Assembly (NCBI GenBank): GCA_040387635.1
Contig: JAZKDJ010000001.1
Span: 387,193-451,192 of the forward strand
Reading direction: 5' to 3'
Length of the DNA stretch: 64,000 nucleotides
DNA from: Patescibacteria group bacterium
GTDB lineage: Bacteria; Patescibacteriota; Minisyncoccia; Phycocordibacterales; PALSA-1337
Shown: positions 55,407 to 64,000 of the stretch, piece by piece
How the letters are laid out: each line of letters opens with the position of its first letter
How positions within the stretch are numbered: position 1 is the first letter of the stretch
Translations under genes and position numbers: made by a program
The notes under the pieces: model-generated
The model's input: the letters and a program-made list of their open reading frames with translations, nothing else
What the model was told of the DNA's origin: nothing
Database searches by the model: none

Positions 55407-56414
55407 TTATTTTCCCGCGTGAATTTTTCTCATGAATCGAATGGTGGGTGACAGATTCCATGGACGAAGCATTGCGATTGAGCCCAAGGAAATGGAATCA
55501 GCTCCAGCCATGAGAACCTGCAGTCCGTCATGGGGACATAGGATGCCGCCACCGCCATTGATGTGTTTTTTGAACCCAGCCTTTCGGAGCTCTGGGATGA
55601 ACTTGAGAAGCCGTTCCAGAATCATGGCACCTGAAGCGCCGCCGGGGAATTTCTCTCCCAGATGAGCGATGAGCGGTGACACTGTCGTGCCGAAATAATA
55701 AACCTGTTCGGCAGGATGGAGCTTGGGCCAGGGGATGGTGTTGAAGATCACGATGCCGTCGAGTACCTCATGCTTCTCAATTTCCATCGCTGCTTCAATC
55801 GAGAGATCAATCCCGAACTTCACCACAACAGGAACGCCTAGTGCACGAAGAATATCGAGCATAGGCATGACTTCTGCGATGAGATCTTTGGGATTCAATC
55901 CTCCATTAGGGCAGGAGACATTGAGTTGGATTCCAAACTTACCCTTGAATCGTGACTTGTGCTGCAGGAGGTATGCAACGATGCTGCGGATTTCCTCGAT
56001 TCGCTCCTCGCGAGAAGGAGCCAGTGTCATGATTGAAATCCAGAAGGTGTCGGTGCGATCCTGCCATCCTGCGTTTTGAATAAGGAAGGGCAGACCTGGT
56101 CCCGAGAGACTAACTGCATTAAGAGCCGCTCCTCGTGCAAAGCTTAAGGGACTGACGTGGATGCATTTAGGAAAACGTTCCTTCGGTGTGAACCTATCTT
56201 CCTTAAGAGGCATTTTGCCTGCGCGTGCAGCGAAGGTTGTCGTTTTCGAGGCGAATGTACTGCCGGCCCAATCTGCGCCGACGAGTTTCATTGGCTTGTG
56301 ATACCACCAACCTATACGATCGGTGAAATTGGTTGCGCCTGACGCCTGCCAGACTAAACCAAAATCATAATCGCGCAGTATGGTTCTTATGCGCGGATTG
56401 CTCATATTGTTCAA
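55407..56414 (-). CDS. pyrD: Dihydroorotate dehydrogenase-like (class 1 type) TIM-barrel flavoenzyme
   Basis: 335 aa: NAVSLSGPGL, IQLNVSCPNGG (the N-SCPN active-site context of class 1 DHOD), PVVVKFG, IFNTI, GGASG and INGGGGI...AGADSISLGS. The substrate cannot be fixed from sequence alone. Confidence 0.6.
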   Translation of the reverse strand: MNNMSNPRIRTILRDYDFGLVWQASGATNFTDRIGWWYHKPMKLVGADWAGSTFASKTTTFAARAGKMPLKEDRFTPKERFPKCIHVSPLSFARGAALNAVSLSGPGLPFLIQNAGWQDRTDTFWISIMTLAPSREERIEEIRSIVAYLLQHKSRFKGKFGIQLNVSCPNGGLNPKDLIAEVMPMLDILRALGVPVVVKFGIDLSIEAAMEIEKHEVLDGIVIFNTIPWPKLHPAEQVYYFGTTVSPLIAHLGEKFPGGASGAMILERLLKFIPELRKAGFKKHINGGGGILCPHDGLQVLMAGADSISLGSIAMLRPWNLSPTIRFMRKIHAGK

Positions 56415-56454
56415 GTACTTCTAGTGTGGTTATAGCACGAGGAGAAAAAGAATG

Positions 56455-56487
56455 AAAGAAAAAAATCCCATCGCTTGCGCAACGGGA
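56455..56487 (-). terminator. Rho-independent terminator (GNRA-loop hairpin)
   Basis: On the minus strand: CCCGTTGC-GCAA-GCGATGGG followed by ATTTTTTTC. Confidence 0.6.
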
Positions 56488-56518
56488 CTTTTCGTTTTTA
56501 GAATTTGATTAGCGTGAA

Positions 56519-56932
56519 TTAAGCTGCGGCCCGAACCGGCTCGTGGTGGAACTTTTCCCAAGAGACGAGCGTGTCCATTATCCAAGCGAGAATAATGCGA
56601 GCGGCGGTTTCTTCCATAGTGATGCGACCAGTATTTCCTGGAGGCGCGCTTTGGAGGATGTTCGCATAGGTCGTGCCGACGAAGAGAAACGCTCTCGGAT
56701 CCGTCGTGGCGATCACGTCGTATTCGTCAATGCGAAGCATCGAGGCTTTGCACCCGAGGATGCACATCAGGTCAACGAGTGGCGCTCGATCCATGAATTT
56801 CTGGATGTCTGGACCCATTCGTTCCCAGATATGCTCGGCTGAAGGTAAGTCCGCGGCTGCGGATTTTCGGGGGAGGGGCGGCAGTAAGCTGCTAATCAAT
56901 TTCTCAAGGTGCTGGCGGTCGGTGGTCTGCAT
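56519..56932 (-). CDS. Hypothetical protein (G+C-rich block)
   Basis: 137 aa with no TM and no recognisable motif. It has its own terminator and shares the elevated G+C of pyrC and the pyrD-like gene. Confidence 0.5.
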   Translation of the reverse strand: MQTTDRQHLEKLISSLLPPLPRKSAAADLPSAEHIWERMGPDIQKFMDRAPLVDLMCILGCKASMLRIDEYDVIATTDPRAFLFVGTTYANILQSAPPGNTGRITMEETAARIILAWIMDTLVSWEKFHHEPVRAAA

Positions 56933-56955
56933 ACGTTTCCTTTCGAGGAGTTTCG

Positions 56956-57001
56956 GTCACAAAAATACACTGATAATATTATATCAGTGTATTTTTGTGA
57001 C
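56956..57001. repeat. Perfect 20 bp inverted repeat with a 6 nt spacer
   Basis: GTCACAAAAATACACTGATA-ATATTA-TATCAGTGTATTTTTGTGAC, located 8 nt from the 3' end of tRNA-Lys. Confidence 0.9.
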
Positions 57002-57009
57002 GTCAATTG

Positions 57010-57082
57010 TGCGCCCGGTTGGAATCGAACCAACGACCCACTCCTTAAAAGGGAGATGCTCTACCAACTGAGCTACGGGCGC
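57010..57082 (-). tRNA. tRNA-Lys (anticodon UUU), no encoded CCA
   Basis: Acceptor GCGCCCG/CGGGCGC, D arm GCTC-AGTTGGTA-GAGC, anticodon loop CTTTTAA (UUU), T arm GTTGG-TTCGATT-CCAAC. Confidence 0.88.
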
Positions 57083-57147
57083 GTAATGGCACAATGCTAT
57101 CACAATGCCATGAAAATTCAATTTTTGAGGCTTTCGCTACACCTATT

Positions 57148-57513
57148 TTAGAGAGGTAGATCAATAGAGAAGAAGCCAGGTCCTGTGAACATGAGAGAGA
57201 TCGCGATAATAAAAAGTATCAGATAATAATTAACGCCAGCTGTAAGTAGGGCTTTGTTGCGGGCTTTATCAACTAACTGAATGAAGAGCATGATTGCCAA
57301 AAGGAGTGCTGCTATCTGTGTGAATGCGCCAAGGACAAGAAGTACACCTAAAATGATTTCAGCAAACCCTAAATTCTTCGAAACTTTTGCCTGGAGGAAT
57401 TTTACTTTCCTTGTTCCAAAATAAATAGCGATTCCGCCTAAAAGAAGCCTTAAGAGGAGAGGTCCGACGGAGGCGTAGGTGAGCAAATCGGGGAAAATTG
57501 AAAGGGTGTGCAT
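57148..57513 (-). CDS. DoxX-family membrane protein
   Basis: The start is taken at MHTLSIFPDLLTY. The protein has four hydrophobic helices (LLLRLLLGGIAIYFG..., FAEIILGVLLVLGAFTQIAALLLAIMLF). Confidence 0.6.
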   Translation of the reverse strand: MHTLSIFPDLLTYASVGPLLLRLLLGGIAIYFGTRKVKFLQAKVSKNLGFAEIILGVLLVLGAFTQIAALLLAIMLFIQLVDKARNKALLTAGVNYYLILFIIAISLMFTGPGFFSIDLPL

Positions 57514-57586
57514 AGTACTTGTTATGAAGCTTTTGTTATGTAATGCTTGTGATAAGTATAGCGCATTGGACAGGTTCGCGACTAAT

Positions 57587-58123
57587 ATGTTTTCCCACTT
57601 CTCACATCTACAGGCTTTCATTCTCCTGAATGACATCAGGAGTGTGTATAATGTGGGCTCTATTTTTAGGACAGCTGATGCTGCAGGTGTAAATGGAATA
57701 TATCTCGCCGGTCATAGTCCAACACCACTTGATCGTTTCGGAAGAAAACGAAATGACGTAGCAAAGGTAGCTCTCGGTGCCGAAGAAATTATTCCATGGC
57801 AGTATGCCGAAGATCCGATGGTGTTTATTAAAGCTTTTAGAAAGGACTGGGGGAAAAGGGGAGCCATCGTCGCAGTTGAACAGCACAAAAAATCTTTGGA
57901 CTACAAGACTGTGCGCGAGAAGCTCGAAAAGAAATTCGGTAAAGCTTCCAAGGATGAACAGTGTGCAATTCTTTTTGTTATGGGTAATGAGGTGGAGGGT
58001 GTCGACAAAAAGGTTCTCAAAGAAGCTGACATTATTGCTGAGATGTCTCAGAGGGGGAAGAAGGAGTCACTCAACGTGTCAGTAGCCGCCGGCATCGCCC
58101 TCTTTAGAATTTTGAATATCTAA
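57587..58123 (+). CDS. SpoU/TrmH-family RNA 2'-O-methyltransferase
   Basis: The start is taken at MFSHFSHLQAFILLNDIRSVYNVGSIFRTADAAGV. Other motifs are FVMGNEVEGV and SLNVSVAAGIALF. Confidence 0.8.
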   Translation: MFSHFSHLQAFILLNDIRSVYNVGSIFRTADAAGVNGIYLAGHSPTPLDRFGRKRNDVAKVALGAEEIIPWQYAEDPMVFIKAFRKDWGKRGAIVAVEQHKKSLDYKTVREKLEKKFGKASKDEQCAILFVMGNEVEGVDKKVLKEADIIAEMSQRGKKESLNVSVAAGIALFRILNI

Positions 58124-59067
58124 AATTTTACTTGGTGCACGCTGCAGAAATGCGTGCCACGTCCGCCTAAAACTATTCGAGTGATCATGCCTTTGCACCC
58201 AGGCTTCCTGCAGGGCTTTCCGGTTTTCCTATACGCTTGATGCTGTTCTTGGAATTCTCCTCGTTCGCCGTGAATGTTTCTATAGTCAGACATTGAGTCT
58301 CCTCCGAAATCAATTCCCTTGAGTAGGGTTTTTCTAATAGCGTTGTAAAGGTTTTTTAGATTGGGTTCTGGAATCTTTTTTATAATACTCAATGGATGAA
58401 TGCTTGCACGCCATAATGACTCATCAGCATAAATGTTGCCAACGCCGGCCATAATAGCCTGGTCCATGATTACTTGTTTTATTTTCCCTGCGGGACGACG
58501 GTGCAGTCTCTCTTTGAACGCTTTGAAGGTAAACGCATCTTCGAGAGGCTCAGGCCCAATGCCTATAAGATGATGAGATGTATCTAAGTCGGATGTTTTG
58601 ATGACAGTCGTCTTGGCGAATCTTCGCATATCTGAGAGAGCTAGGTGTGTGCCGTCAGAGAGGACGAAGATGAGTCGTATAAATCTATTAAATGGGTCTG
58701 CTAGCGGACCATCTTTTGCTGGAACCCACGGGTCACTTACTGTTCCTTGGCGGTACTTACCTAGGTTTCCTTTGGGATCATAGATATAAGTACCGTGGAG
58801 ATAGTGACCTGTCATTTTCATGTGAGTGAGAATGGTCTGTCCGTTCGAGAGGTGAATGAGAACGTTTTTCGCGCGGCGAGTTGAGCCAGTGATTTTTGCT
58901 CCGACAATGGTTTTCTTAAAAAAAGAAAAGTACTTTGGATTTTTGATCTCTTCTTTCTTGCTGTAGAACGCACTGTCGTAATTCGTCCATACATCCTTAA
59001 TGATCAATCCTTTAAGATGAGTATTAATGCCGGATGCGGTTGTTTGTACTTCAGGTAGTTCTGGCAT
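58120..59067 (-). CDS. mutM: Formamidopyrimidine-DNA glycosylase
   Basis: 315 aa: MPELPEVQTT (catalytic P2/E3), a H2TH region (GVGNIYADESLW) and a C-terminal zinc-finger-like CRKPGC...CSVH. It carries internal insertions relative to typical ~270 aa Fpg. Confidence 0.85.
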   Translation of the reverse strand: MPELPEVQTTASGINTHLKGLIIKDVWTNYDSAFYSKKEEIKNPKYFSFFKKTIVGAKITGSTRRAKNVLIHLSNGQTILTHMKMTGHYLHGTYIYDPKGNLGKYRQGTVSDPWVPAKDGPLADPFNRFIRLIFVLSDGTHLALSDMRRFAKTTVIKTSDLDTSHHLIGIGPEPLEDAFTFKAFKERLHRRPAGKIKQVIMDQAIMAGVGNIYADESLWRASIHPLSIIKKIPEPNLKNLYNAIRKTLLKGIDFGGDSMSDYRNIHGERGEFQEQHQAYRKTGKPCRKPGCKGMITRIVLGGRGTHFCSVHQVKF

Positions 59068-59102
59068 ATACTTCTTTATACCATATAGCTATTTTTCTCT
59101 CT

Positions 59103-60362
59103 ATGAATAAATTTATCCTCATGTTGGCAGTCTTCGCGGGTCTCGTCGCGGCGATGTATCAAGCAACGGCAGGCACCTATTCATACGAAGCTTCGCGTGA
59201 TGGCGCAGCTGCGTTCTTTACACTCGCTAAGAAAACTGAAGACTCCATTCGAAAAAGATATCAGTCTGCGGGTATCATGTCAGACCAAACTAATCCGTTA
59301 AGTGTGAAGTCAAAAGTGAATCTTCTCATCATGCCTGGTCACGAACCTGGATACGGAGGAGCTGAATACAAGGATACATTTGAAAGGGAACTCAATGTCG
59401 AGCTTGCTGGCTATATGCGAGCGCTCTTCGAACAGAATGGCAGATTCCAGGTGGTGGTACCTCGTGATAACGAGCAGTGGAGCTCTGAATTTAAAGAATA
59501 TTTCGAGGAGAACTATGATGCAATTATAAAATTTGAGAATGAGCAGCAGAAGGAAATGGCGCAGCAGCTCTCAAAAGGTACGGTCAAGAAATCTGAAAAT
59601 AACATCGTACATAACGCAGCGCCTACTGATGTGGCGCATCGCTTGTACGGTATAAACAAATGGGCAAATGATAATGATGTTGATATGGCCATCCATATTC
59701 ACTTCAATGATTATCCTCGCAAAAACTCTCAAGTGCCAGGAAAACATACAGGCTTTGCTATTTATGTTCCTGAACGACAATATTCAAATTCAACGACAAC
59801 TAAAGCCATAGCGGATGCAATCTATAAAAGACTTTCTAAATATTATCCTGTAAGTGATCTACCAAAAGAGTCTGTGGGTGTAATAGAAGAGCAGGAACTA
59901 ATTGCTATTGGTTCGCACAATACTCTTGATGCACCAAGCATGCTCATTGAATATGGATATATTTACGAGCAGCAGTTTCAGTATGACGATACTCGCGAAG
60001 CGATGCTTAAGGATCTCGCGTTCGCTACATACTTGGGTGTGCAGGATTTTATAAATCAAAACTACGCACCTTCACTTACGTATGATGTCTTGTCATTGCC
60101 TTATACATGGAAGAAATCATTCTCACAAAAGGGTGCTCCCCGCATGGATACATACGCGTTGCAGATGGCGCTTACATATCTCGGCACATATCCTCCTGTA
60201 GGGAAGACGAAAAATGATTGTCCTATATCTGGAGCATTTGGACCTTGTACACGAGATGCTTTGAAGGCATTCCAAAGGACATTTAATATTGAACAGACTG
60301 GAGCGGTAGGACCAAAGACGCTTAAGCTTTTGAACGAGCAATTTACGAAGCCAACGATGTAG
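59103..60362 (+). CDS. Cell-wall amidase-like protein with a C-terminal peptidoglycan-binding domain
   Basis: The start is taken at MNKFILMLAVFAGLVAAMY (signal/anchor). The central region resembles MurNAc-L-Ala amidase (IMPGHEPGYGGAE...AIHIHFND...IEYGYI), and the C-terminus is PG_binding_1-like (LQMALTYLG...FGPCTRDALKAFQ...GAVGPKTLKLL). Confidence 0.55.
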   Translation: MNKFILMLAVFAGLVAAMYQATAGTYSYEASRDGAAAFFTLAKKTEDSIRKRYQSAGIMSDQTNPLSVKSKVNLLIMPGHEPGYGGAEYKDTFERELNVELAGYMRALFEQNGRFQVVVPRDNEQWSSEFKEYFEENYDAIIKFENEQQKEMAQQLSKGTVKKSENNIVHNAAPTDVAHRLYGINKWANDNDVDMAIHIHFNDYPRKNSQVPGKHTGFAIYVPERQYSNSTTTKAIADAIYKRLSKYYPVSDLPKESVGVIEEQELIAIGSHNTLDAPSMLIEYGYIYEQQFQYDDTREAMLKDLAFATYLGVQDFINQNYAPSLTYDVLSLPYTWKKSFSQKGAPRMDTYALQMALTYLGTYPPVGKTKNDCPISGAFGPCTRDALKAFQRTFNIEQTGAVGPKTLKLLNEQFTKPTM

Positions 60363-61635
60363 CTATGGGTGAGGGTTGGAGGCGGCTCTGTAATTCTTCT
60401 CGTGCTACTGTCGCGTCATCCCAAGGGATTTTGGAGTTATCGGCTCCCATAATGTAAGGGTCGGTACCTTTACCGGTTATGAGAATGATATCGCCGGTCT
60501 GAGCTTTTGAGATAGCGGTTCTGATAGCTTCACGCCTGTCGAATACAATGACAGGTTTTCTTGTTGTAACTCCAGCAGCTACGTCATTGATTATTTGCGT
60601 AGGGTCTTCATCGTACGGGTCTTCGTTGGTGAGGATCACTTCCTCGCAATAACGATCAGCTAGAGAACCCATCTCCTTACGTCGGGCTTTGTCGCGTCCT
60701 CCTCCTGTTCCTCCGAGTACTGCGATCTTTCTTGAGTTCTGGAATACTTGGTAGAGTTTTTCGAGAGAATCAGTTGTGTGCGCGTAATCTACGATCACTG
60801 TAAAGTCTTGTCCTACTTCGATTTTTTCAACTCTTCCTCGAATGCCGTTGAATTTCTCAAGAGCTCGTTTGATGACTGACGCATCGACACCGTATGCTTC
60901 AGCACAGCTAATAGCTGCCATCATGTTATACAAATTAAATCGTCCTGAAAGTGGGGAAGCGATGGGTGTTCCTTTCCAAGTAAAATCAATGCCTTCCTTT
61001 TTGATGGAGTACGGCTGTCCATCTTCAGCGCTGTAGGTTTTTTTCTCAGGAGCGTTAACTGCTAGGAATCTATCCTTGTGTTCGTCGTCTCTGTTTACAA
61101 CAAGTATTCGTCGAGGCTTCTTTGAGGTCTCAAGAGTTTTTGCGATTTTGATTTTCTCACCGATGTAGGCTTCGAAAGATCCATGAGCCTCGATGTGTTC
61201 AGGACTTACGTTTGTAACGATGATTGCGTCAGGCTCTATATATAGATGCCGAGACATGAGTGCTCCTTGAGATGTCATTTCGATAATGGCAAAATCAATC
61301 TTTGCACTGACAGCTTGTCGAATGAATCTTTGCACTGCGGCTCTACCAGGCATGGACATCTTGTACTTGTTGTCGACGGAAACTTTGCCTATTTTGAATC
61401 TGATGGTATTTGAAGCAGCGGTTGTGTATCCGGCCTCCTCGAGAATAGCGCTCAGGATCTCAACAGTTGAGCTTTTTCCTTTTGTACCTGTTACACCAAT
61501 TACTTTGATCTTTCGGGAAGGGAAACGGTAAATAACTGCGCCAGCAATGGCAAGGATGCGGTGGTATAAAGGCTGACCTAAAACATATAAGCGTTGTGGG
61601 ATTATTTTTTTGAGAAAACGAAGTGAGGATTCCAT
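60343..61635 (-). CDS. murE: Mur ligase family protein (MurE-like, lacking the N-terminal domain)
   Basis: 430 aa: GVTGTKGKSST, EMTSQG, VSPEHIEAHGSFEAY, DYAHTTDSLEKL and GGTGGGRDKARRKEMG...LTNEDPYDEDP. Confidence 0.7.
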   Translation of the reverse strand: MESSLRFLKKIIPQRLYVLGQPLYHRILAIAGAVIYRFPSRKIKVIGVTGTKGKSSTVEILSAILEEAGYTTAASNTIRFKIGKVSVDNKYKMSMPGRAAVQRFIRQAVSAKIDFAIIEMTSQGALMSRHLYIEPDAIIVTNVSPEHIEAHGSFEAYIGEKIKIAKTLETSKKPRRILVVNRDDEHKDRFLAVNAPEKKTYSAEDGQPYSIKKEGIDFTWKGTPIASPLSGRFNLYNMMAAISCAEAYGVDASVIKRALEKFNGIRGRVEKIEVGQDFTVIVDYAHTTDSLEKLYQVFQNSRKIAVLGGTGGGRDKARRKEMGSLADRYCEEVILTNEDPYDEDPTQIINDVAAGVTTRKPVIVFDRREAIRTAISKAQTGDIILITGKGTDPYIMGADNSKIPWDDATVAREELQSRLQPSPIATSLAS

Positions 61636-61643
61636 AGTTCTGT

Positions 61644-62228
61644 TTATTTTCCTAGATGCTTGAGAGCCGCCTTGATACGCGCGCTCGTTCCAACGACAGT
61701 TCCATCAAGAGACTTCAGTGCCTCGCGCGCTTCCTCTCTGCTATATCCAAGTGCCTTGAGGGCTTCCACTGCGTCGCCATCGTTCTGAGCTGCCTTGTGC
61801 TTGCCTTTGGTTTCCTCAGTGATGCTTGCAAGTGTTGGAGTTAGCTTGTCTTTGAGTTCGAGTACGATTTTCTCGGCGTTCTTTTTGCCAATTCCTGAAA
61901 CCTTGGTGAGATACGTGCTGTCCTGCATGGAGATGGCTGTGATAATAGTTTCTTGAGAGGCAATTGCCATTATATTGAGTGCCGTCTTTGGACCAATGCC
62001 CGATACAGTGATAATGAGCTCAAAAAGCTCCAAGCATTCTTTGCTTGAGAAACCATACAAATCGAGAGCGTCATCCCTAACTGCCAAATACGTCCAGAAA
62101 ATTCCCTGGCTTCCGACAGGGTGAGACTCAGGGGAGGGAGTATATACCTTGTAGCCAACGCCTCCTACATCCACTACTACATAGCGGAGATCCTGATGGG
62201 CGATAGAGCCTGTAAGTCTTGAAATCAT
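61644..62228 (-). CDS. ruvA: Holliday junction DNA helicase subunit RuvA
   Basis: 194 aa: MISRLTGSIAHQDLRYVVVDVGGVGYKVY...VSGIGPKTALNI...VSGIGKKNAEKIVLELK...ALKALGYSREEA. Confidence 0.92.
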   Translation of the reverse strand: MISRLTGSIAHQDLRYVVVDVGGVGYKVYTPSPESHPVGSQGIFWTYLAVRDDALDLYGFSSKECLELFELIITVSGIGPKTALNIMAIASQETIITAISMQDSTYLTKVSGIGKKNAEKIVLELKDKLTPTLASITEETKGKHKAAQNDGDAVEALKALGYSREEAREALKSLDGTVVGTSARIKAALKHLGK

Positions 62229-62345
62229 TGCTTTAAGTATACTGAAATGAAGGGAGCTTGGCCAATTGCCTTGATAACTTTGTTTACATTGACACCTAAT
62301 AGGTTACAATTGTCTTTATTAGAAGCTCGCGTAATCTATTCAACT

Positions 62346-63668
62346 ATGTCATCCCCTGAAAGTTTAACAACACTAAAAGCTGAAGGATCTGAAGAAGCTC
62401 CAAAACTTTCTCCTAAAGCCGCACTTGAAAAGATTAAGGGTGAGGAGGTAGCTCGAGCTGAGACTAAGAAAAGGAAAGTAAAGCAAGCAGTCAAAGTCGC
62501 TGCGGATTTAGTTGAAGGCAACAGGAAGCTCCAAAAGAAAGCAAAGGGAAAAAAACCTGAAGGCCTCAATGAAATTGTAAAGACTGTGGTGAAGAAAACA
62601 GCGGCAGCCCGTGAAAAAAGGCAGAAAGTAATAGAGGAGGACAAAAAGACTCGAGAAGAAATAGAAACATTCAAGAACAATCTCAAAGAAGAGGGGGTAG
62701 ACGCTCCACATGAACGAAGAGTGGAAATTGTAAAAAGAATACATGAACTTGATGAGATTTATGCCGCTCATGATAAAGAAACTGGTGTTGTGTATGGTGC
62801 GGCATCTGCTGAAGAAAATACAGCAGTTGAGCAAGAACAGCATATGCGTGATACTCACTCAAGAATCTTGAGTCAACAAGCTGAAGCAGCTAGGGATCCT
62901 GAGCAGTTTGCAGCGGAAACGATACTTGCTACTGATCCTGAATTAGACGTGTCAGCGCGGGATTTGAAGCATGCGATGATACCTGAACTAAAATCACGGG
63001 AATTTAAAGAGCATGCAAAAAATAAAATTGTAGAAACTAAAATTGCCATTGAGACTGCCTCTACGCGCTACAATGAGTTCAAAACCACACTCGATAAAGT
63101 AGAAGCGAATTTTGAAGGCCAAAAGAAAGAATTATTGGATGTTGTGGAGGGACCAGAGCGCGCACAAAGGATAGCCGACCTTATGGATACTATAGAAAAA
63201 GGTAATAATGCTGGTTTCTGGTTTCCAGCTAAAAAAATAGAGGCAGGTAGTAATGCTAAAGCTGATCTCAGTAACCTTCGAAATCAAATTGATCAGGAAT
63301 TTGAGGCGAAAAAGAACCTTGTTGTAACTAGCGAATCAGACGTCATCACTATTTTGCGAGTACTCGATCACGTGGCGAAAGAAGAAGTGTTTGATAATGC
63401 ACGCATTGCTGCTGAGGAGGCCAATCCAAAAAGTCATTTCTTCGCACTCCACGCTATGGATCAGGAGGACCCAGAGCTTGAAGGTCTCAGCAGGGCCCAC
63501 GTTGCCAATACTACGGCGTATACAGAGATGAGGGTGGTCGCGGATTATGTTCGACAAAAAGCCGAAGAACTCCTGCCTAAGTTTAAAAATCTTCTTGAGG
63601 ATGCTTACAATAAAAAGAGAGAACTTACTGATACGATTTATACATGGATCCCTAAAGAGTCCAGATAG
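62346..63668 (+). CDS. Hypothetical Lys/Glu-rich coiled-coil protein
   Basis: The start is taken at MSSPESLTTLKAEG. The ~440 aa protein is highly charged with no recognisable domain. Confidence 0.5.
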   Translation: MSSPESLTTLKAEGSEEAPKLSPKAALEKIKGEEVARAETKKRKVKQAVKVAADLVEGNRKLQKKAKGKKPEGLNEIVKTVVKKTAAAREKRQKVIEEDKKTREEIETFKNNLKEEGVDAPHERRVEIVKRIHELDEIYAAHDKETGVVYGAASAEENTAVEQEQHMRDTHSRILSQQAEAARDPEQFAAETILATDPELDVSARDLKHAMIPELKSREFKEHAKNKIVETKIAIETASTRYNEFKTTLDKVEANFEGQKKELLDVVEGPERAQRIADLMDTIEKGNNAGFWFPAKKIEAGSNAKADLSNLRNQIDQEFEAKKNLVVTSESDVITILRVLDHVAKEEVFDNARIAAEEANPKSHFFALHAMDQEDPELEGLSRAHVANTTAYTEMRVVADYVRQKAEELLPKFKNLLEDAYNKKRELTDTIYTWIPKESR

Positions 63669-63714
63669 CCTCATTTTCTTGTCTTTCCTAAAATAGTGTG
63701 GTAAGTTATACCTC

Positions 63715-63981
63715 ATGCCAATCACATCATCAGCAAAAAAGGCCCTAAGGGCATCTCTCAAGAAGAGAGTTTTCAATCTCCGAAGGAAGTCGGCTATCGA
63801 CCGAAACCTTAAGGAGTTGCGAGACCTCGTCGCAGCCAAGAAGGCGAAGGAAGCCCAGGCTCTCCTCCCGGCTCTCTATAAGGCTCTCGACAAGGCGGCA
63901 AAGACAAACCTTATCAAGAAGAACGCGGCCTCACGAATGAAGTCACGATCTGCAGCAAGGGTCAAAGCCATCTCAAAGTAA
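63715..63981 (+). CDS. rpsT: 30S ribosomal protein S20
   Basis: 88 aa: MPITSSAKKALRASLKKRVFNLRRKSAI...LIKKNAASRMKSR. Confidence 0.93.
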   Translation: MPITSSAKKALRASLKKRVFNLRRKSAIDRNLKELRDLVAAKKAKEAQALLPALYKALDKAAKTNLIKKNAASRMKSRSAARVKAISK

Positions 63982-64000
63982 CCAAAAACAAAAACTCCTT

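Noticed and set aside
54092-57082. Calling the G+C-rich block a bona fide integrative genomic island or mobile element
   Set aside because: There is no integrase or transposase gene. I could not find a direct repeat of the tRNA-Lys 3' end at the far boundary (54.09-54.16 kb). I therefore did not annotate it as a mobile_element.
63336-63839. 167 aa minus-strand ORF spanning the end of the coiled-coil gene and the start of rpsT
   Set aside because: It overlaps two better-supported + strand genes, including a ribosomal protein gene. Its composition is typical of antisense frames.
1-64000. CRISPR arrays, rRNA genes, transposases, prophage genes, and restriction-modification or toxin-antitoxin pairs
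   Set aside because: I looked for regularly spaced direct repeats, rRNA-like conserved stretches, and DDE, integrase (other than the Xer-type recombinase at 8078-9076), methyltransferase-endonuclease or small paired ORFs. I found none that I could support.

Overview
This 64 kb window looks like the chromosomal origin region of a small, AT-leaning bacterial genome. The gene content resembles Patescibacteria/CPR, but that is an inference and no search was run. The backbone is housekeeping. It holds yidC-rnpA-rpmH, then dnaA, a DnaA-box/AT-rich oriC, dnaN and a DciA-like gene. It also holds clpP, rny, hup, cca, xth, a Xer recombinase, rpsO, pnp, comM, pcrA, rsmA, PBP1A, tyrS, dispersed ruvA/ruvB/ruvC, yebC, pilB, tsaE, polA, holA, mutM, murE and rpsT. 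Five tRNAs were folded by hand: Gly-UCC, Pro-UGG, Gly-GCC, Arg-UCG and Lys-UUU. I found no rRNA, CRISPR array, transposase or phage genes. The most interesting feature is a 12.4 kb co-directional block of 12 genes (19.8-32.3 kb). It encodes a type IV secretion-like apparatus: a PrgI/VirB3-like protein, a VirB4 ATPase plus a stand-alone VirB4 N-domain-like ORF, a VirB6/TrbL-like polytopic protein, and a pilin-domain protein with a long coiled-coil tail. Eight further envelope or secreted proteins in the block have no family I can assign. No coupling protein, relaxase or integrase is present. The second theme is a mosaic of visibly more G+C-rich genes wedged between conserved neighbours. These are an E. 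coli-type pyrC, a pyrD-like gene and an unknown gene next to tRNA-Lys, plus an orphan purC-like gene with dedA between yebC and ruvC. Other points to check are an extra cluster of three DnaA boxes 30 kb from oriC, a 500 bp ORF-free convergent gap that may encode a structured RNA, and gene orientation that mostly points toward the predicted origin. All calls come from reading the sequence and the ORF track.
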